Assembly: GCA_964016885.1 (NCBI GenBank)
Contig: OZ024741.1
Span: 113,274,001 to 113,338,000 of the forward strand
Direction: 5' to 3'
DNA length: 64,000 nucleotides
Source of the DNA: Eledone cirrhosa
Lineage: Eukaryota
Position numbers and translations under genes: made by a program. The notes under the pieces are model-generated. The model was not told the DNA's origin. It searched no databases and saw nothing but the letters and a program-made list of their open reading frames with translations. This document shows positions 1 through 13,537 of the stretch, piece after piece (position 1 is the stretch's first letter; every line of letters starts with the position of its first letter).

Positions 1-2173
1 TTGCATCTATATCTTTTGATTCACCCGATTTCAATGCAGACTCAAGCTTCAAGCAATAACTCATTATATTTTCTGTTGTCTTATTTTGCAGTCCCTTCAA
101 ATCATAAAGGAATCCAAAAAGTTCACTGATTAAATTCATCTGCTCAAATCTTTCTTTAATAGATTGAATTGTTGTGTCCAATATAGTAAAATAAAACTCT
201 ATCTTGAACTTTTCCTTCGGATCCTGAATTGGTTCATCCATTCTTTCATATTGAAACCGTCTTTTTTTCTTCTAATTATTTGTTTTTCATTTTCGAATTC
301 CGATGGAACTTCAAGTTCTCTTGCAATCTCTGAAGCATCAACCAAATTTCTTTGAAATGCTTCATCTGTTCTGCTATTTTCAAGAAATGATTTTGTTTGT
401 TTTAACTGCTGAAGTGCAGCCTGAATATCAAAGTCTTTTTCTTGCAGTAATTTACTTGTTATATTAATTTCAAATAAAATATTGTACCAAACAAGGCAAG
501 CAATAAATTTATAATTTGATATAACATTTACTAGGGCTTCAGCATCACATTGTGTTGTATTACCAGATGATCCAGTGAGATTAGTATTATCAGCTAGTTC
601 AGTTAGTGCATCATACACAGGGCCAAGCTGGTAACGCAGAGGCTTCAATGCGTCAATACGACTCTCCCATCGTGTATCACTCAAACGTTTTACTGTTAGA
701 GTTGGCACATGTTTCATCAAAACTTCCCAGTGATAGGTTGCGCTTGAAAAAAACACATAAATACGTTGCAATATATCAAAGAAACGAGTGGCCTCTAGAC
801 ATTTTGCTGCATCATTCACAACTAAATTTAGTGAATGGCTACTGCAAGGAACAAAGAAGGCACCAGGATTAAGGTCTAGAATTCTTTTTTGAACTCCACT
901 ATGTTTGCCTTTCATGTTGCTCCTGTTATCATAGCCTTGTCCACGTATATTTACCATAGGTAACCCGAGTTTTTCCAATTTTTGTAGAAGACATTCAGAC
1001 ATAAATGCACCAGTAGTTTCCTTCAGTTTAATAAATGTAAAAAAATGTTCACGAATCTTGACTTCATCCATTCGCATATCAATGAATCTTATTACCAATG
1101 TCATTTGTTCTGTGTGACTTACATCTGGAGTACAGTCCAGTATAATTGAAAAATATTTAGCTGATTGACAGGACTTTACTATTTCATGTATAATAGCATT
1201 TGACACTAGCTGTATCAGTTCTTTTTGCATTTATTTACCAAGGTAATGTATATGGGTTTCATTATCTCTAATTCTTCTCAAGTGTTCTTTCATTATTGGA
1301 TCAAACAGAGCAAGATATTCTACAAACTTAAGAAAGTTTCCATTTCCAGCAGTAAACAGTTTATCAACAGATCCTCTGAAGGCTAAATTTTGTCCACCAA
1401 GTGTCCGAACTAAAGCTAATAAACGTTCTAATATATGTCTCCAATATTGTTCTTCTTGTTTTATTAGACGAGCATTTTCCTCATCAATTGTTGCATTTCT
1501 GTTTAATCGCAAATCCAATTCTTTCCAGTTATTAAAGTTTTCAAAATGTTCAGTTGATTTTTCATGAGATGATAGTATAGCTGACATATTTTTCCAATCT
1601 GCAGATCCATGTATTGCAAGAGTTGATAGACTAGCTATTTTTTTTACTAAACAATTTACAGCAAAAGCAGAACACACAGTCTTGTAATACTGAATATTGT
1701 AACCAATTACGATTAATTTCTTCACCATTAATTAACTTTCTAGTATAATGAATGTTTGAAAGTTTTCTCCTATTCTTATCTTTAGGAAACTTTATATTTT
1801 TAACTTGTTCCGGTCCATGTTGAACTAGTAGCCTTCTAATATTATCATTACACTTTTTTTGCCAGGTGGCAGGATCACTGTAACTTAGATTTAAAACTTC
1901 ATTTTCGATTGATCCATCATCCTTACACTCTGTTTCTGAATGTTCATGTCTTTCATCAAAGATATCTTCATTTCCTGGCTGTATGATACTTACATCATAG
2001 AATTCATCAATAGAAACAGAAATAGAGTTATTTTCATCATCATCATCACCTTCAGTCTCTCTCCCTTTGCAAAGGTATTTTAGAAATGATCCTTTTTGCT
2101 TTGCAAGTTCCCTTTCTTTTTCAAGTTTGTGTTTGCGATACTGAGCACCAGATGGTCGTTTACTGTCTGCCAT
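1..2173 (-). pseudogene. Disrupted hAT transposase (TTF-type Zn finger, DUF4371-like region, DDE core)
   Basis: ORFs 1631-2242, 1231-1728 and 199-1230 join into one protein: MADSKRPSGAQYRK, RNWLQYS..VFCFCCKLF, NLAFRGS..GNGNFL, FSIILDCTPDVSHTEQ, RGQGYDN, CSSHSLNL, SDTRWESR. It has a frameshift in the T-run near 1640, an in-frame TAA at 1231-1233 and a frameshift near 260, after which it continues (EKFKIEFYFTILD..ERFEQ..FGFLYD) off the window edge. Confidence 0.92.
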
Positions 2174-2386
2174 GCTAAAATAATAATAGTTTAGTGCAAT
2201 ATGATATACTAAAAAATAACTTGTCCTTATTCCTATCCTCATCCCTAAATGAATTATTTATATCATCTGAAAAAAAGAATTATTTTTTAACAAATTATTA
2301 TTAAGCCATATTAATTTAAATTATATTATTTTATATATATTAAATAAAAATTTTAATATGGTAAATTATAATAAAAAAAAATATAG

Positions 2387-2795
2387 GGCGATATCCAATT
2401 TTAGCTGTCTAAATGCCGCTTACTTGCTGCAGTTGCTGCTTACTTCAATGTATGAGGCTATTCCAACAAATTTACATTCCCCCTTTTTTTAGCCGTTAAA
2501 AGAAATATAGATTTTTTTTTTTTTTTTTTTTGCGATTTATTTGCCACTGGGGCATAGATTTCTTTATTTGCCCCTTCTTTTGTTTGTTTGTTTTTTGGCG
2601 ATTTATTAGCCTTTTGGGGTCACACACCGCCCCGTAGAAAGTGTGCGACCTTTCTGCCAGGGAGTACAGAGAGAGGGGGGTGCTCCCTTCTTCTCTTACC
2701 TGTACAAGCCGATTGTTGGAATAGCCTCATACATTGAAGTAAGCAGCAACTGCAGCAAGTAAGCGGCATTTAGACAGCTAAAATTGGATATCGCC
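2387..2795. repeat. 83-bp inverted repeat (2387-2469 / 2713-2795) with ~243-bp spacer
   Basis: GGCGATATCCAATTTTAGCTGTC...CTATTCCAACAA matches the reverse complement of TTGTTGGAATAG...AATTGGATATCGCC. Confidence 0.95.
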
Positions 2796-3524
2796 AAATA
2801 AAGTACATGAACTTTTAAAAGTTCATTTCACATATCAATACATTTATAGAAAATTGCCATTGTAGTGAATCAACCATAACATCCAATATAGTATATTAGC
2901 CAGTATAGAAAATGCGTGGTTTTGGTTATTTTACTATCTTGTTTGACTCCAAATTAGAAATAGTATCAGAAGTCTTTAGGCTGCGTTAAACGTTAATTGT
3001 ATTGGAACAACAACATCTAGTCAAAGTATTTTTGAACATATATTTATTGTATGAACGTATTCTCCAAGTGTGTTTACAGATGTCATCAAAGAAATACATA
3101 TTTGTGTGGCAAAGTTTATAAGGTGTATGCGTAGGATACAAGATTACCTTGGTTAGTTGTTGACAGTTTGTAGACGTCGTATTTTCTGTATGAATGTTAC
3201 ATAGAGATTTGTTGGGTTATAGTCGGAACCAAGTCGTTCGGTGAGGACAACAGATTATCTTGTTTGAGAACTATCTGTTGAACGAAATACATGTTGGGAA
3301 CGACTAATATGCGTGTCTTCCAGTGTTAAGACTTTCTGTTGCACTGAAGATCCGCGATTGGTCAGTTTGTCAGTAAGGTCAATCAGTGTGAAAATCAGCA
3401 GCAACCAATATTCCGAGAATTTGCAAGTAGTCAGTTTCTACGAATTCGAGGGAGAATTTATGTACGCTACACATTAAAACAAAATAAGTTATTATTGTAA
3501 TTTTTAATAAAAATAACTATTGTA

Positions 3525-4205
3525 AATGGTATAGGTTAAGAATAACGTTCGCGAAAATGAAAGTCAATTTTCTGACAAGTGAATGTGTTTTTTGTTTTTT
3601 TTTACAATGAAAGTTACGATACACACGCAATTGTTTATTTACAACAGGTCTCTATAGTGATATGGTGTTAATTAGTATTGCGTGTGTGATTATTTTCTCT
3701 TATATATATATATGTGTGGGTGTGTATATGTGTGTATATATATATGTGTGTATGTATGTATATATATATATGTGTTTGTATATATATATATGTGTTTGTG
3801 TCATCATCATCGTTTAGATGTTTTTGTAATATCTTGCCAAAGTTGGCACCAACTTTAAAGAAATTAAGGCCGGGTCATAAGAAGGACAGAGAATGATAAG
3901 GGATTTGGGTAAAAACATCTAAACGATGATGATGACACAAACACATATATATATATACAAACACACATATATATATACATACAGACACATATATATACAC
4001 ACATATACACACCCACACATATATATATAAGAGAAAATAATCACACACGCAATACTAATTAACACCATATCACTATAGAGACCTGTTGTAAATAAACAAT
4101 TGCGTTTGTATCGTAATTTTAATTGTAAAAAAAAACAACAAACACATTCACTTGTCAGAAAATTGACTTTCATTTTCGCGAACGTTATTCTTAACCTATG
4201 CCATT
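3525..4205. repeat. ~300-bp inverted repeat (3525-3825 / 3911-4205) with 85-bp spacer
   Basis: Arms match with few differences, including the TA/TG microsatellite and a TCATCATCATCGTTTA LINE-like tail at the inner ends. Confidence 0.95.
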
Positions 4206-4347
4206 GTAAATAACTTTTCAATAATTATTATATCATAACACGCTTTTCATTTGTAGTATTTTTTTAAGTTGTAGTATTTTTTTGCACCCCTCTAAATCCT
4301 GTGCCCTAGGCAAGTGCCTAGTTCGCCTAACAGTAGCACCGGCCCTG

Positions 4348-4529
4348 CCAATGACCATGTTACACAACATAGTACTGACATTCTTTGGCATGCAGGCAGG
4401 CTGGCCACACTGCAAACTGCAGTGTCAGTCACCAAAATATTGTTAAAAATTTTCGCAGCAGCACCGGCCCTCTGGCACACCGGCCGTTCTGGCATTTGCC
4501 CAGTTGCCCGATAGGCCAATCCGCCAGTG
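4348..4529 (-). mobile_element. Terminus of a second hAT-like element
   Basis: Minus strand from 4529 reads CACTGGCGGATTGGCCTATCGGGCAACTGGGCAAATGCC...GGGCCGG, resembling Tip100-type hAT ends. Confidence 0.55.
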
Positions 4530-6569
4530 TGCCTAATGTCAACCATTTTACAGAGCATTAGAAAATGCATTGTCTATTGCAAAACTAAAGAGACTACTCC
4601 ATTCTATGTGGTCACAAAAAATAAGGGGGTAATTAGACAAGGAGGGATGACGAAATGTTGAAAGAAGAGAGAATATTTGAATTTTGAAAAGTAATCCAAA
4701 TTATTATAAGCTTTTGAAATACTGATTTCAGGCATAGGTCCAAGGCCACACATTTTTGAAGGGGAGAAATATACTTGAGTAAATCAACCCTAATACTTCC
4801 CTGGAAGGCAGTGAATTGGCAGAGTCATTAGAACCTTGGATAGAATGCTTTACAGTATTTGTTTCAGATCTCCTCAGCTCAAGCTCAAATCCTGCAAGTT
4901 CAACTTTTCTTTTAACCTTTTGAGGTCAATAAAAAATGTATAAGTCAGTATTGGTGCCAATTCTTCCTTTATATCACTGTCTCATTCCCTCTCTTTCCCC
5001 AAAAGAAATCAGCTGTGTTCAGACCTTGAGAAGAGATGGGCTCCATCAGGTTTTTTAAAATGCCCAAGACATGCTGTATGTCACTACAATGCCCTATGAC
5101 CATACCAGGAGTCACAGATCCATACATACATAAATACTTTATTTATGCATGTATGGACCAGTACATTATTTTATTGGCCTCATTAAGGATTAAATGCAAC
5201 ATTTACCTCAACTATATTTGAAGTTAATATGTAGAGCCATCACTAAATACTGATCTGATGCTCTAATATTTCTTTCAATCCACCAAAATATTATCATGAA
5301 ATTCAACGAAAAAGGAATTAAAAATCACTGTCCTTGTAATTTGAGTTTCTGTTAAGAAGTCTCAACATTTAAAACACTTGTGATTATTTGTGGCAGACAT
5401 CTAATTGCTGCATGAGTAAATTGAGTAATATATTTTATGTGTAATTCAAGGACTTATGGAAAATCTTATTCTCGCAATTAATAAAAAGAAAGGAGCTGTT
5501 TGTCAGATTGGACCAAGGGAACACTGTTTCTATTAGTATTTCTATTACTGATACAACAGCTGGTTATAATTCATGACAGAAACAGGTGGGATTTGATCTC
5601 AGTGTGCAGTGAACCAGAAGAAGCACCAAGGTATCTTATATCATACCCTAGCAATTTTGCCATTTCACCACATTAGAATTTACAAGCTTTGGGTTTCATT
5701 CGAAACATGATAACGAATGAGTTAATCCAATTTTTGTTCAACACCACCTCTTGAAGATCATAAAACAGGTTATGGGAAGTTTTCTTCTCTAACTACGCCA
5801 TTACAAAAAAAAAAAGCTCTCTCAAGTTGATACTGTCTTTAATAATTCAGAATGATGTCATAGTGTTCCTATTGTTAAAAACAACAAGCATTTTAAAGCT
5901 ATTTTCCTGTTAAAGCAGAGCTTAGCCTAGTGGGCTCGATGACAAGCTTCTCCATTTTCCTCTATCCTCTTCACCCAGCTTTCATTTCCTCCTCCAGAAT
6001 TTTTAGCCATTTCTTTCTTGGTCTTCCTCTCCCTTTATCTCTTTTCACATTCATTTGCTTTACGCTTATCACCCAGCCCCTTTCATCCTTCTTCATCCCA
6101 TGACCCAGCTATCTTACTCCATTTCTCTTAACATTTGTCACTGGTTTTATTGCTCTCACCCAGTCACTTTCATCCTTTTTCAACCCATGACCCAGCCATT
6201 TCAATCTATTTATTTTAACAACATTCATCACTGGCTCTATTCCTTTCATTCTCTGCAATTCATTATTTTTCTTCCTCTCTCTCTCTCTCTCTCTGTGATA
6301 CTCCACTCATCCACTAAACCAGTCTCTATCGTCAAGAACACTGATAGCAAGTTAAGTGATGAATAAAGAAGATGCTTTATTAACTCATTTATTTATTTAA
6401 TGTTAGATTAATTTTGTAGTTAGAACCAATTTTGGAATCAATTTTGTAAAGATGATACAATGAGAATTTTCACTGGCCTTTTCTATAGTTTAATCAACAG
6501 CTATTTATTTCATTCAATTGAACTGATGACAGAGTTGAAGGTGGGGAGGTTAGTGTTTATATTCTTCTA

Positions 6570-6935
6570 TTCTTTTGATGGCTGCAGTCATTAGACTGCA
6601 GCCATGCTGGGGCACTATCTTTAAGAGATTTAGTCAATCCTATCGACCCACAGTACTTATTTTTTCAAGAGTGGTATTTATTTTATCAATCTGTTTTTGT
6701 CAATGCAGTAAGTTACAGGATATAAACACACACATCAATACATACACACACAAGTATGTATATTTAAAATACAGTTTTCCTGCTATATATAGTGGGCTTC
6801 TGCAGTTTCTGCCTATTAAATTTCACTCACAAGACATTGGTGAACCAGACATCTGCCCAAAGTGCCACACTGTGAGAGTGAAGCCAGACCATCTGGTTGC
6901 TAAGCAAACTTGCTAACTTTACAGCTATGCTTGCT
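6570..6935 (-). mobile_element. Degraded tRNA-derived SINE (octopus OK/OR-like); related pieces near 31030-31150, 38000-38390, 44590-44990 and 63845-63990
   Basis: Recurring CAGTCATTAGACTGCAGCCATGCTGGGGCAC tail and reverse-complemented head, repeated across the window. Confidence 0.6.
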
Positions 6936-8140
6936 TATAGTGTAAGATTTGACAAAAAATCTCTCCCACACATATATAAACTAAAGAATATTGACATTAA
7001 TTCACAAGGAGAAGAAGATGTAGAGTAAATTTACAATGACATTTTGATGTAGAAATGAGTTACTGTCTTGGGAATTAAAATGAAAACAAATTAGAATTCT
7101 TCTTTTGCTCATTCATTAATCATTGTTACTTCTAACTTTGACAACACTTGGTATTTGAAACCTCCGAACAATAAAATACCTCTTGGGATTAATGTATTTA
7201 AAGAAAAACAAAAATTTAATTTTCTTATCACCCCTCCCCATCTCTCTATGTTTCTTTTATTGCTGTTCTCTTCCTTGAACATTTATTGTTTTTGGTTGCT
7301 GTCTTTCTTTCATTAATTTTTTTCCTTTACATTTCTCTCACTCTTTTAATTCTTACACTTTATTAATTCATTTCTTTCTTACTTTCTTCCATTTTTTATT
7401 CTTTCCTTCATTCATTCTTTTTCCTTTATCGCGATTTTTATTATTTTTTTCCTATCTTTTCCGTAGTTGGTTATGATGTCGATCTCTAATTCAATTTAAA
7501 TCAAACTAAATTCTGTACTTAAACAATTAAATACAAATTCCATTTTGTTCTCACATGTGTTGGACTTTGATTTAATAGAAATCTTAACAATGAAACTAAA
7601 TTACTTCATTCTTCTGTCAATGATGATTTTTGAGAAAGAATATCCATTTCCTTGTCATGGCAATTTATATTTTCATATTTATTTTTATTTTTCTCGGAAT
7701 AGTAGAACGATGGACTTGGTGCAGATGACAAAGAACTCAACTTGGAGATGGTTTATTTTAACACATTCAGTATCGCAAAATAAAAGCTTCTGATTTAGGC
7801 ACAAGGCCAACAATTTTGGGGGAGGGAAAAGTCAATTAAATCAACCCCAGTGCATTATTGGTACTTTATTTTATCAACCTCATAAAGATGAAAAGCAAAG
7901 ATAACCTTGGATTTGAACTATGTTGCAAAGTATGTTCGCTGACACTCTACTGATACTGCCAATCTACTGCCCTTATAACAATGAGCTCAAATTCTACTTT
8001 AGTGACTTGTCATCAGTTTATTTAAGGAATAGATAATATTTTACAAATCATTACAGCTGTTTAATCCTTTGAAAATTTTCCTGTTAATTTATATGTATCC
8101 CAGTTTTAGAAAAAGTACACCATATCTCATTGATCTGTCT

Positions 8141-8450
8141 TCAATTGATCCAGCTGGATCCCCAAGCAAGACCAGCCAAGCTCATGGATGATATCCAACT
8201 ATCTTGCTTGGCGTTTACCCCTGAATCTCCTGCCAATTGGTTTTGTCCGTAAAATCTGTTCAGCAATTCTTTCCTGGGACATTCTGAAGTCCTTTGAAAA
8301 ACATCAGATTGATGTTGCCTCGGGATTTCAGCAGAGAGAATTGTGAATGTATTACTACAGAGGTTAGCAAGGGAGATGCTCTGAGAGGACCAGGCCAACT
8401 CCCCTGGTTTATTCTTGTGGATAGCAACCTTTATTCTAAACAGTATCTAT
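8141..8450 (-). mobile_element. RTE-clade LINE 3' ORF fragment
   Basis: Minus-strand frame RMSQERIAEQILRTKPIGRRFRGKRQAR*LD resembles the RTE C-terminal GxRxRGRPxxRW motif. Confidence 0.65.
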
Positions 8451-8704
8451 ATTTTGAGGACTAGATAAATACAAAATCTGTCCATTTCTATCCTGCCGCA
8501 TTTAAATGAGTTTCAGGGATATTCATTAATATTAATATTCAAATGTACTGTCCAATAATTGTCAATATTAATAACTTGCTAATGGAATGGATCACCATCA
8601 GTTTCGATGATGAGCATTCCACTTGTTCAATTAACAGAACAGCCTGCTTGTAAAATAGTGCACAGTTGGCTAAGCATTCCATAGACTGTACACATAATAT
8701 AATT

Positions 8705-9085
8705 TTCACAGCAAAAATGTGCCCAGTCCACCCTGAAATAGTGGTCTTTCTGGTGACATGAGAAAAAGCGCCCAGTCCACCCTGTAATGTGGTTGTACTG
8801 GCAACACAACAAAAAGCACCCAGTCCACCCTTTAAGGTGGTCATGCTGGTGACATGACAAAAACCACTCAGTCCACCCTGATATATGATCGTTCTGTGGC
8901 CACAATAAAAAGCATCCATTCCACACTATAATGTAGTTGATGTTAGGAAGTGCATCCAGCAAAAAAATGAAGTTGAAATACAGATCTGTATGAACAAGAC
9001 ATGGTCTCTTGACCTGCCATGTCTCATAATGTGACAACCCATCTAACCCATGCAAATGTGGAAAATGTTGATGATGATGATGTTT
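8705..9085 (+). mobile_element. RTE 3'-UTR-derived repeat with ~47-50-bp internal subrepeats and (TGA)n tail
   Basis: Several AAAAAGCACCCAGTCCACCCTGTAA units, then GATGTTAGGAAG..CATCCAGC..CCCATGC..ATGATGATGA. Same family as the 3' UTR of the RTE at 53955-55809. Confidence 0.75.
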
Positions 9086-10512
9086 AATATGCCAGCTTGT
9101 GACAAGGCTGGCTATTTTAATTACAGATACATCCAACATTCCAATCAGTTTCTTTCTACCTCATTTCACTCACAATTTTGTGGGTCGATCTAAGGCTATA
9201 GTAAACATCACCTTCCCAAAATGCTATTTAGAGGGATTGGACTTGTATCTTTATGATTGCAAAGAAAACATCTTAACTATTCCACTATGCTACCTCCTAT
9301 ACTGTGAAGGCAAGTGGTTTAGTGGTTAAGGTATTCAGTTCACAATCATAAGGTCATGAGTTCAATTCCTGGCAGCATGTTGTGTCCTTGAGCAGCAGAA
9401 ATAAGTTCTAGCCATAATTCAAAGGTTCACTGTGTCGTGCTGGGTCTTCACAAGAAATATATTGTTAATGTTTATTTGATACTCAGCCACTTGCATGTTA
9501 ATTGCATGAGCAGCTGTTACATTATCTGAAAAACTGGAACTCTCATAAAAAGAAATGACAGAAGTCCAACACATTAATAGTGTGATTAGGTATTATCATG
9601 ACACCTCATCACCTTGATTCTAATGAGACATTGAACCAAGAAACCTAACATAAGTCTCTTATCACAATCTGTTGTACAATGACAAATACACTTGTGCTTG
9701 TGATTAACATCATACATGTAGGATTCATTACATCCAATTATTGTTTCTAGTAAGTATTTATGATTTAAATGTAATTATGTGTAATCAACTTAGTCCAAAC
9801 TCATCTCTAAAGCAATCAAAGTTGTAATAATTATTCACTGTCAGGATAATTCATATTTACAATTCTCTAGTTATTTGACCTGGTCTTATGGAAATATAGT
9901 TACATACCTATAATCATCTTATATTTCATATTTCTTAGGACACATGCCTTCACATATGTATATGTGTGCTTATAAATCTACCACTTCATCTTCATTGTCA
10001 TCACTGTGACCATTTTATATGTTAAACAGTGATAATGATTATGATAAAGTAAATTTATAAACACACACACATAGTGGTTTGTGTGTTGAATTATGTTATA
10101 TTATCATAAGTTTGTGGATTTGATTCCAGGACCTGGCAGTGTGTTGAGTCCTTGAGCGGGAGGTTTCCTTTCACATTGGTTTCATCTACTATGTTTGAAA
10201 AGCAAAATGAGTAGCAGCAGCTGCAACTGGCCTCTGCAGTGTACTGATGTCTGATCCATAGTGAAGTATTTTCAGGATAAGACTGGGCTCCTATCATTAA
10301 TCCATCCTAAAACTCCCCATGCAATGCAATCTCATAAGAAGCCAGCTAAACCTACATAACTGTGAGCTGTAACAACAAATTACACATACCATCATTATCA
10401 TCACACACCTAGTTTTCAATATATTATTCATACATGCCTTTATTCTTTTACTGGTTTCAGTCACAGAACTAAGGATCTGCTAGGGACACTGCTATAAAAA
10501 ATAAAAAAAATA

Positions 10513-10564
<52 letters not shown>

Positions 10565-11023
10565 CTTAGCAATAGCTAAGTGTGTTGCAGAATAAATGTG
10601 CATATACATACGAACACAGTATGTTTTGAGACCTTTGATGACTGAAGTAGAAAATGGTTCTGTGCCAATGGCAGTTGAGCATAGGCTAGTAGGTTGGTTC
10701 TAAAAAAAGGGTGAAAGTTTGTATAAAAGACAAAGGATCGGTCATGTCATTCTGTGATGATGTTGATGTTGATGTTGATTGAGTTTGCTGTGAGTAATTT
10801 AAGCTGTGATTCTATCCGAGTTACTTCAATAATAGTGTAAGAATGTTGTATATATGTATTTCAGAGTTATTACCCATCAACATGGCCACTTACACTAACA
10901 TACCATAGTATTAAAATCTTATAAATTTTGTAAACAAAATGTTGTCATTGAAAGCTTATTTACATATAATGCAAGCTTGATTGATCACAGCTCAGAATAA
11001 AAGCATATATATAACTCCATATA

Positions 11024-11325
11024 TGGTACCACAACATCCAGTCCTAAATAAATGAGGTCGTGTAGGTGTCAAAAAAACACTCAGGTGTCAAAAAAACACA
11101 CAGTCCTCACTGTAATGTGGCCGTGTAGGTAACACGGTAAAAACCTCCCAGTCCACACTGTAAACATGGTTGGTGTTAGGAAGGGCATCCAGCCGTAGAA
11201 AACCCGCCAGTCAGTCCAGAGCAAGACAACCAATCTTGCCTCAAGTGGGACAATTCCCATCCAGACCCATGCTAGCGTGGAAGATGGACGTTAAACAATG
11301 ATGATGATGATGATGATGATGATAT
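11024..11325 (+). mobile_element. Short RTE-tailed non-autonomous element; second copy at 48886-49160
   Basis: Near-identical to 48886-49160, with the same 5' start (TGGTACCACAACATCC) and a (TGA)n tail. Confidence 0.8.
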
Positions 11326-11685
11326 CATATGTTTATGTATAATAAACATCTGTTTATGTTGTTGATGTTGTGCTTATTAATATTGTTAATTTTGATAGTT
11401 ATTTTTGTTTTTGATGGTGTTTCTGCTGCTTGTGTTGCTGTTAGTGTTACTAATATTGTTGTTGATGTTGTTGCTATCATTCATACATTTGGAGGTGATG
11501 CTGATATCTATTTTGTTGTTGTTGCTATCATTTATGCAGTTGTTTTTATTTGTGTTGTTGTTGGTATCATGTATGCTGTTCTTATTTGTGCTGTTGTTGT
11601 TATGTGTGCTGTTGCTGAGCTTGTTGTTCTTTATGTTAAAGTTGTTGTTGCAGTCCTGTTTTTGAGGGTGCTGCTTTATTCCAAG

Positions 11686-11855
11686 CTGTAATTGCTGTTG
11701 TTCGGGTTGTAATTGCTCTTGTTATTGTTGTTATTTGGGTTGTAACTGCTGTTGTTATTGTTGTTATTTGGGTTGTAATTGCTGTTGTTATTGTTATTTG
11801 GGTTGTAATTGCTGTTGTTATTGTTATTTGGGTTGTAATTGCTGTTGTTGCTGCT
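11686..11855. repeat. 30/33-bp tandem repeat, ~5 copies, in a (GTT)-rich tract
   Basis: GTTGTAATTGCTGTTGTTATTGTTATTTGG units. Confidence 0.9.
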
Positions 11856-11895
11856 GAAGCATGAAGCTGAAATTTGCAGCAACACACTTAATTGG

Positions 11896-12460
11896 AACAC
11901 TGCCTCAGTATGACAAAATACCATTCAGTTCTACACAGTCTCAGTATTACTAGATACCATACCATTCAGTTCTACACTGTTCCGGCATTATTAGATATAA
12001 TACCATTCAGTTCTACACAGTCTCAGTATTACGAGATACCATACCATTCAGTTCTACACTGTTCCGGCATTATTAAATATAATACCATTCAGTTCTACAC
12101 AGTCTCAGTATTACGAGATACCATACCATTCAGTTCTACACTGTTCCGGCATTATTAAATATAATACCATTCAGTTCTACACAGTCTCAGTATTACGAGA
12201 TACCATACCATTCAGTTCTACACTGTTCCGGCATTATTAAATATAATACCATTCAGTTCTACACAGTCTCAGTATTACGAGATACCATACCATTCAGTTC
12301 TACACTGTTCCGGCATTATTAGATATAATACCATTTAGTTCTACACAGTCTCAGTATTACGAGATACCATACCATTCAGTTCTACACTGTTCCGGCATTA
12401 TTAGATATAATACCATTTAGTTCTACACTCTCTCTGTATTACAACACACGATATCATTTA
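11896..12460. repeat. 41-bp minisatellite, left block, as alternating A/B 82-bp higher-order dimers
   Basis: TACCATTCAGTTCTACACAGTCTCAGTATTACGAGATACCA alternates with TACCATTCAGTTCTACACTGTTCCGGCATTATTAGATATAA. Confidence 0.95.
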
Positions 12461-13537
12461 AAATAATAATGATAATAATGAAAATATTGTGTACAGTGCT
12501 CAGGTGCACTACAACTCATCAAAAGTGTATGTATAGTACATAGGATAATGTACAAACGTCAGGAAAATGAACAGTGCATGAGTCATGATATACACATGTG
12601 TGCATGTGTATAGAAGGGGTACATCAGGTGTAGTTTTGGCGAATTTCGGTTTCCAAAAGTCATGGGAGCTGTGCTGTTTTCTGATTTTGTAGTCATGTCC
12701 ACATGTGTTAGACACATGGAGATCAAAAACGTGCTCAGGGTTGTTGTTGGCGAGATGGTTCATAACTTTGTAGGTGTTTACCAAGTCCGTTGCCAGACGT
12801 TGGAGCAAGGCGTTCAGAGTATGGTAGGTGTCTGATGGAGGGCATGCGCTTGGTTGCACGTCTCTGAACAATTTCCAGGAGGTCAATGTTCTGAATAAGA
12901 TAGAGGTTCCAGACTGATGATGCGAATTCCAAGTGTGGTCGTACCATAGCTGTATACAGCTTTAAATAGATGGCTGGAGAGCGGCTAACAAAGGTCTTGC
13001 TGAGTGATGCCAAGACACCCTCGGCCTTCTTGACAATCTTAGAGACCTGCTTTGTCCAACGCAAATCGCTGCTGACAGTAATGCCCAGGTCACGTTCACA
13101 AGAGGACTTCTTGATATCAGTGTTGTGGAGGGAGTATGTTGACGCTGGATTTTTCCTCCCAAAATGTATGGTGGTACACTCATCCACAGCCAGCTTCAGT
13201 TGCCAGTCTGTGATCCATTGCTGCATTTTGTCCAGGTCTGATTGTAGGAAAGAGTTGTAGATTTCAGGATCAGTCCTTTTGATTTCAAGGTACAGCTTGA
13301 TGTCATATTCATATTTCAGTACTGTGGCATTCTTTAAGTTGGCATCTATGTCATTAATATATGCCACAAACAAAAGGGGACCAAGAACAGATCCCTGTGG
13401 TACACCAGATGACATCTCATATGGTGAAGAATGCTGTCCTAGAACCGTGACTACCTCTTTTCGGCTGAGAATGAAGGATTTCAACCAGTTAAAAAGATCA
13501 TCCCTCAAACCCATTGCAGAAAGTTTCGCCATAAGTC
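12461..13537 (-). mobile_element. 5'-truncated CR1-clade LINE (RT C-terminal half plus 3' UTR)
   Basis: ORF 12735-13532 has SGVPQGSVLGPLLF, a degenerate YADD (KYEYDIKL), ERDLGI and VRPHLEFASSVW..LEIVQRRATK. (CATTAT)-like tail near 12462-12480. TTTA on both sides restores the interrupted minisatellite unit. Confidence 0.92.

Larger units (their letters stand above)
1..4347 (-). mobile_element. hAT-superfamily DNA transposon (Tip100/ZMYM1-like group); 5' terminus at 4347, 3' end outside window
   Basis: Minus strand from 4347 reads CAGGGCCGGTGCTACTGTTAGGCGAACTAGGCACTTGCCTAGGGC, a typical hAT end, lying upstream of a hAT transposase. The partner TIR and TSD are not in the window. Confidence 0.75.

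Noticed and set aside
199-1230. Host ZMYM1-like gene
   Set aside because: Stops, frameshifts and a hAT terminus indicate a dead transposase.
11329-11924. Membrane-protein-like and Asn/Thr-rich ORFs
   Set aside because: Products of the (GTT)n tract and the 30-bp tandem repeat.
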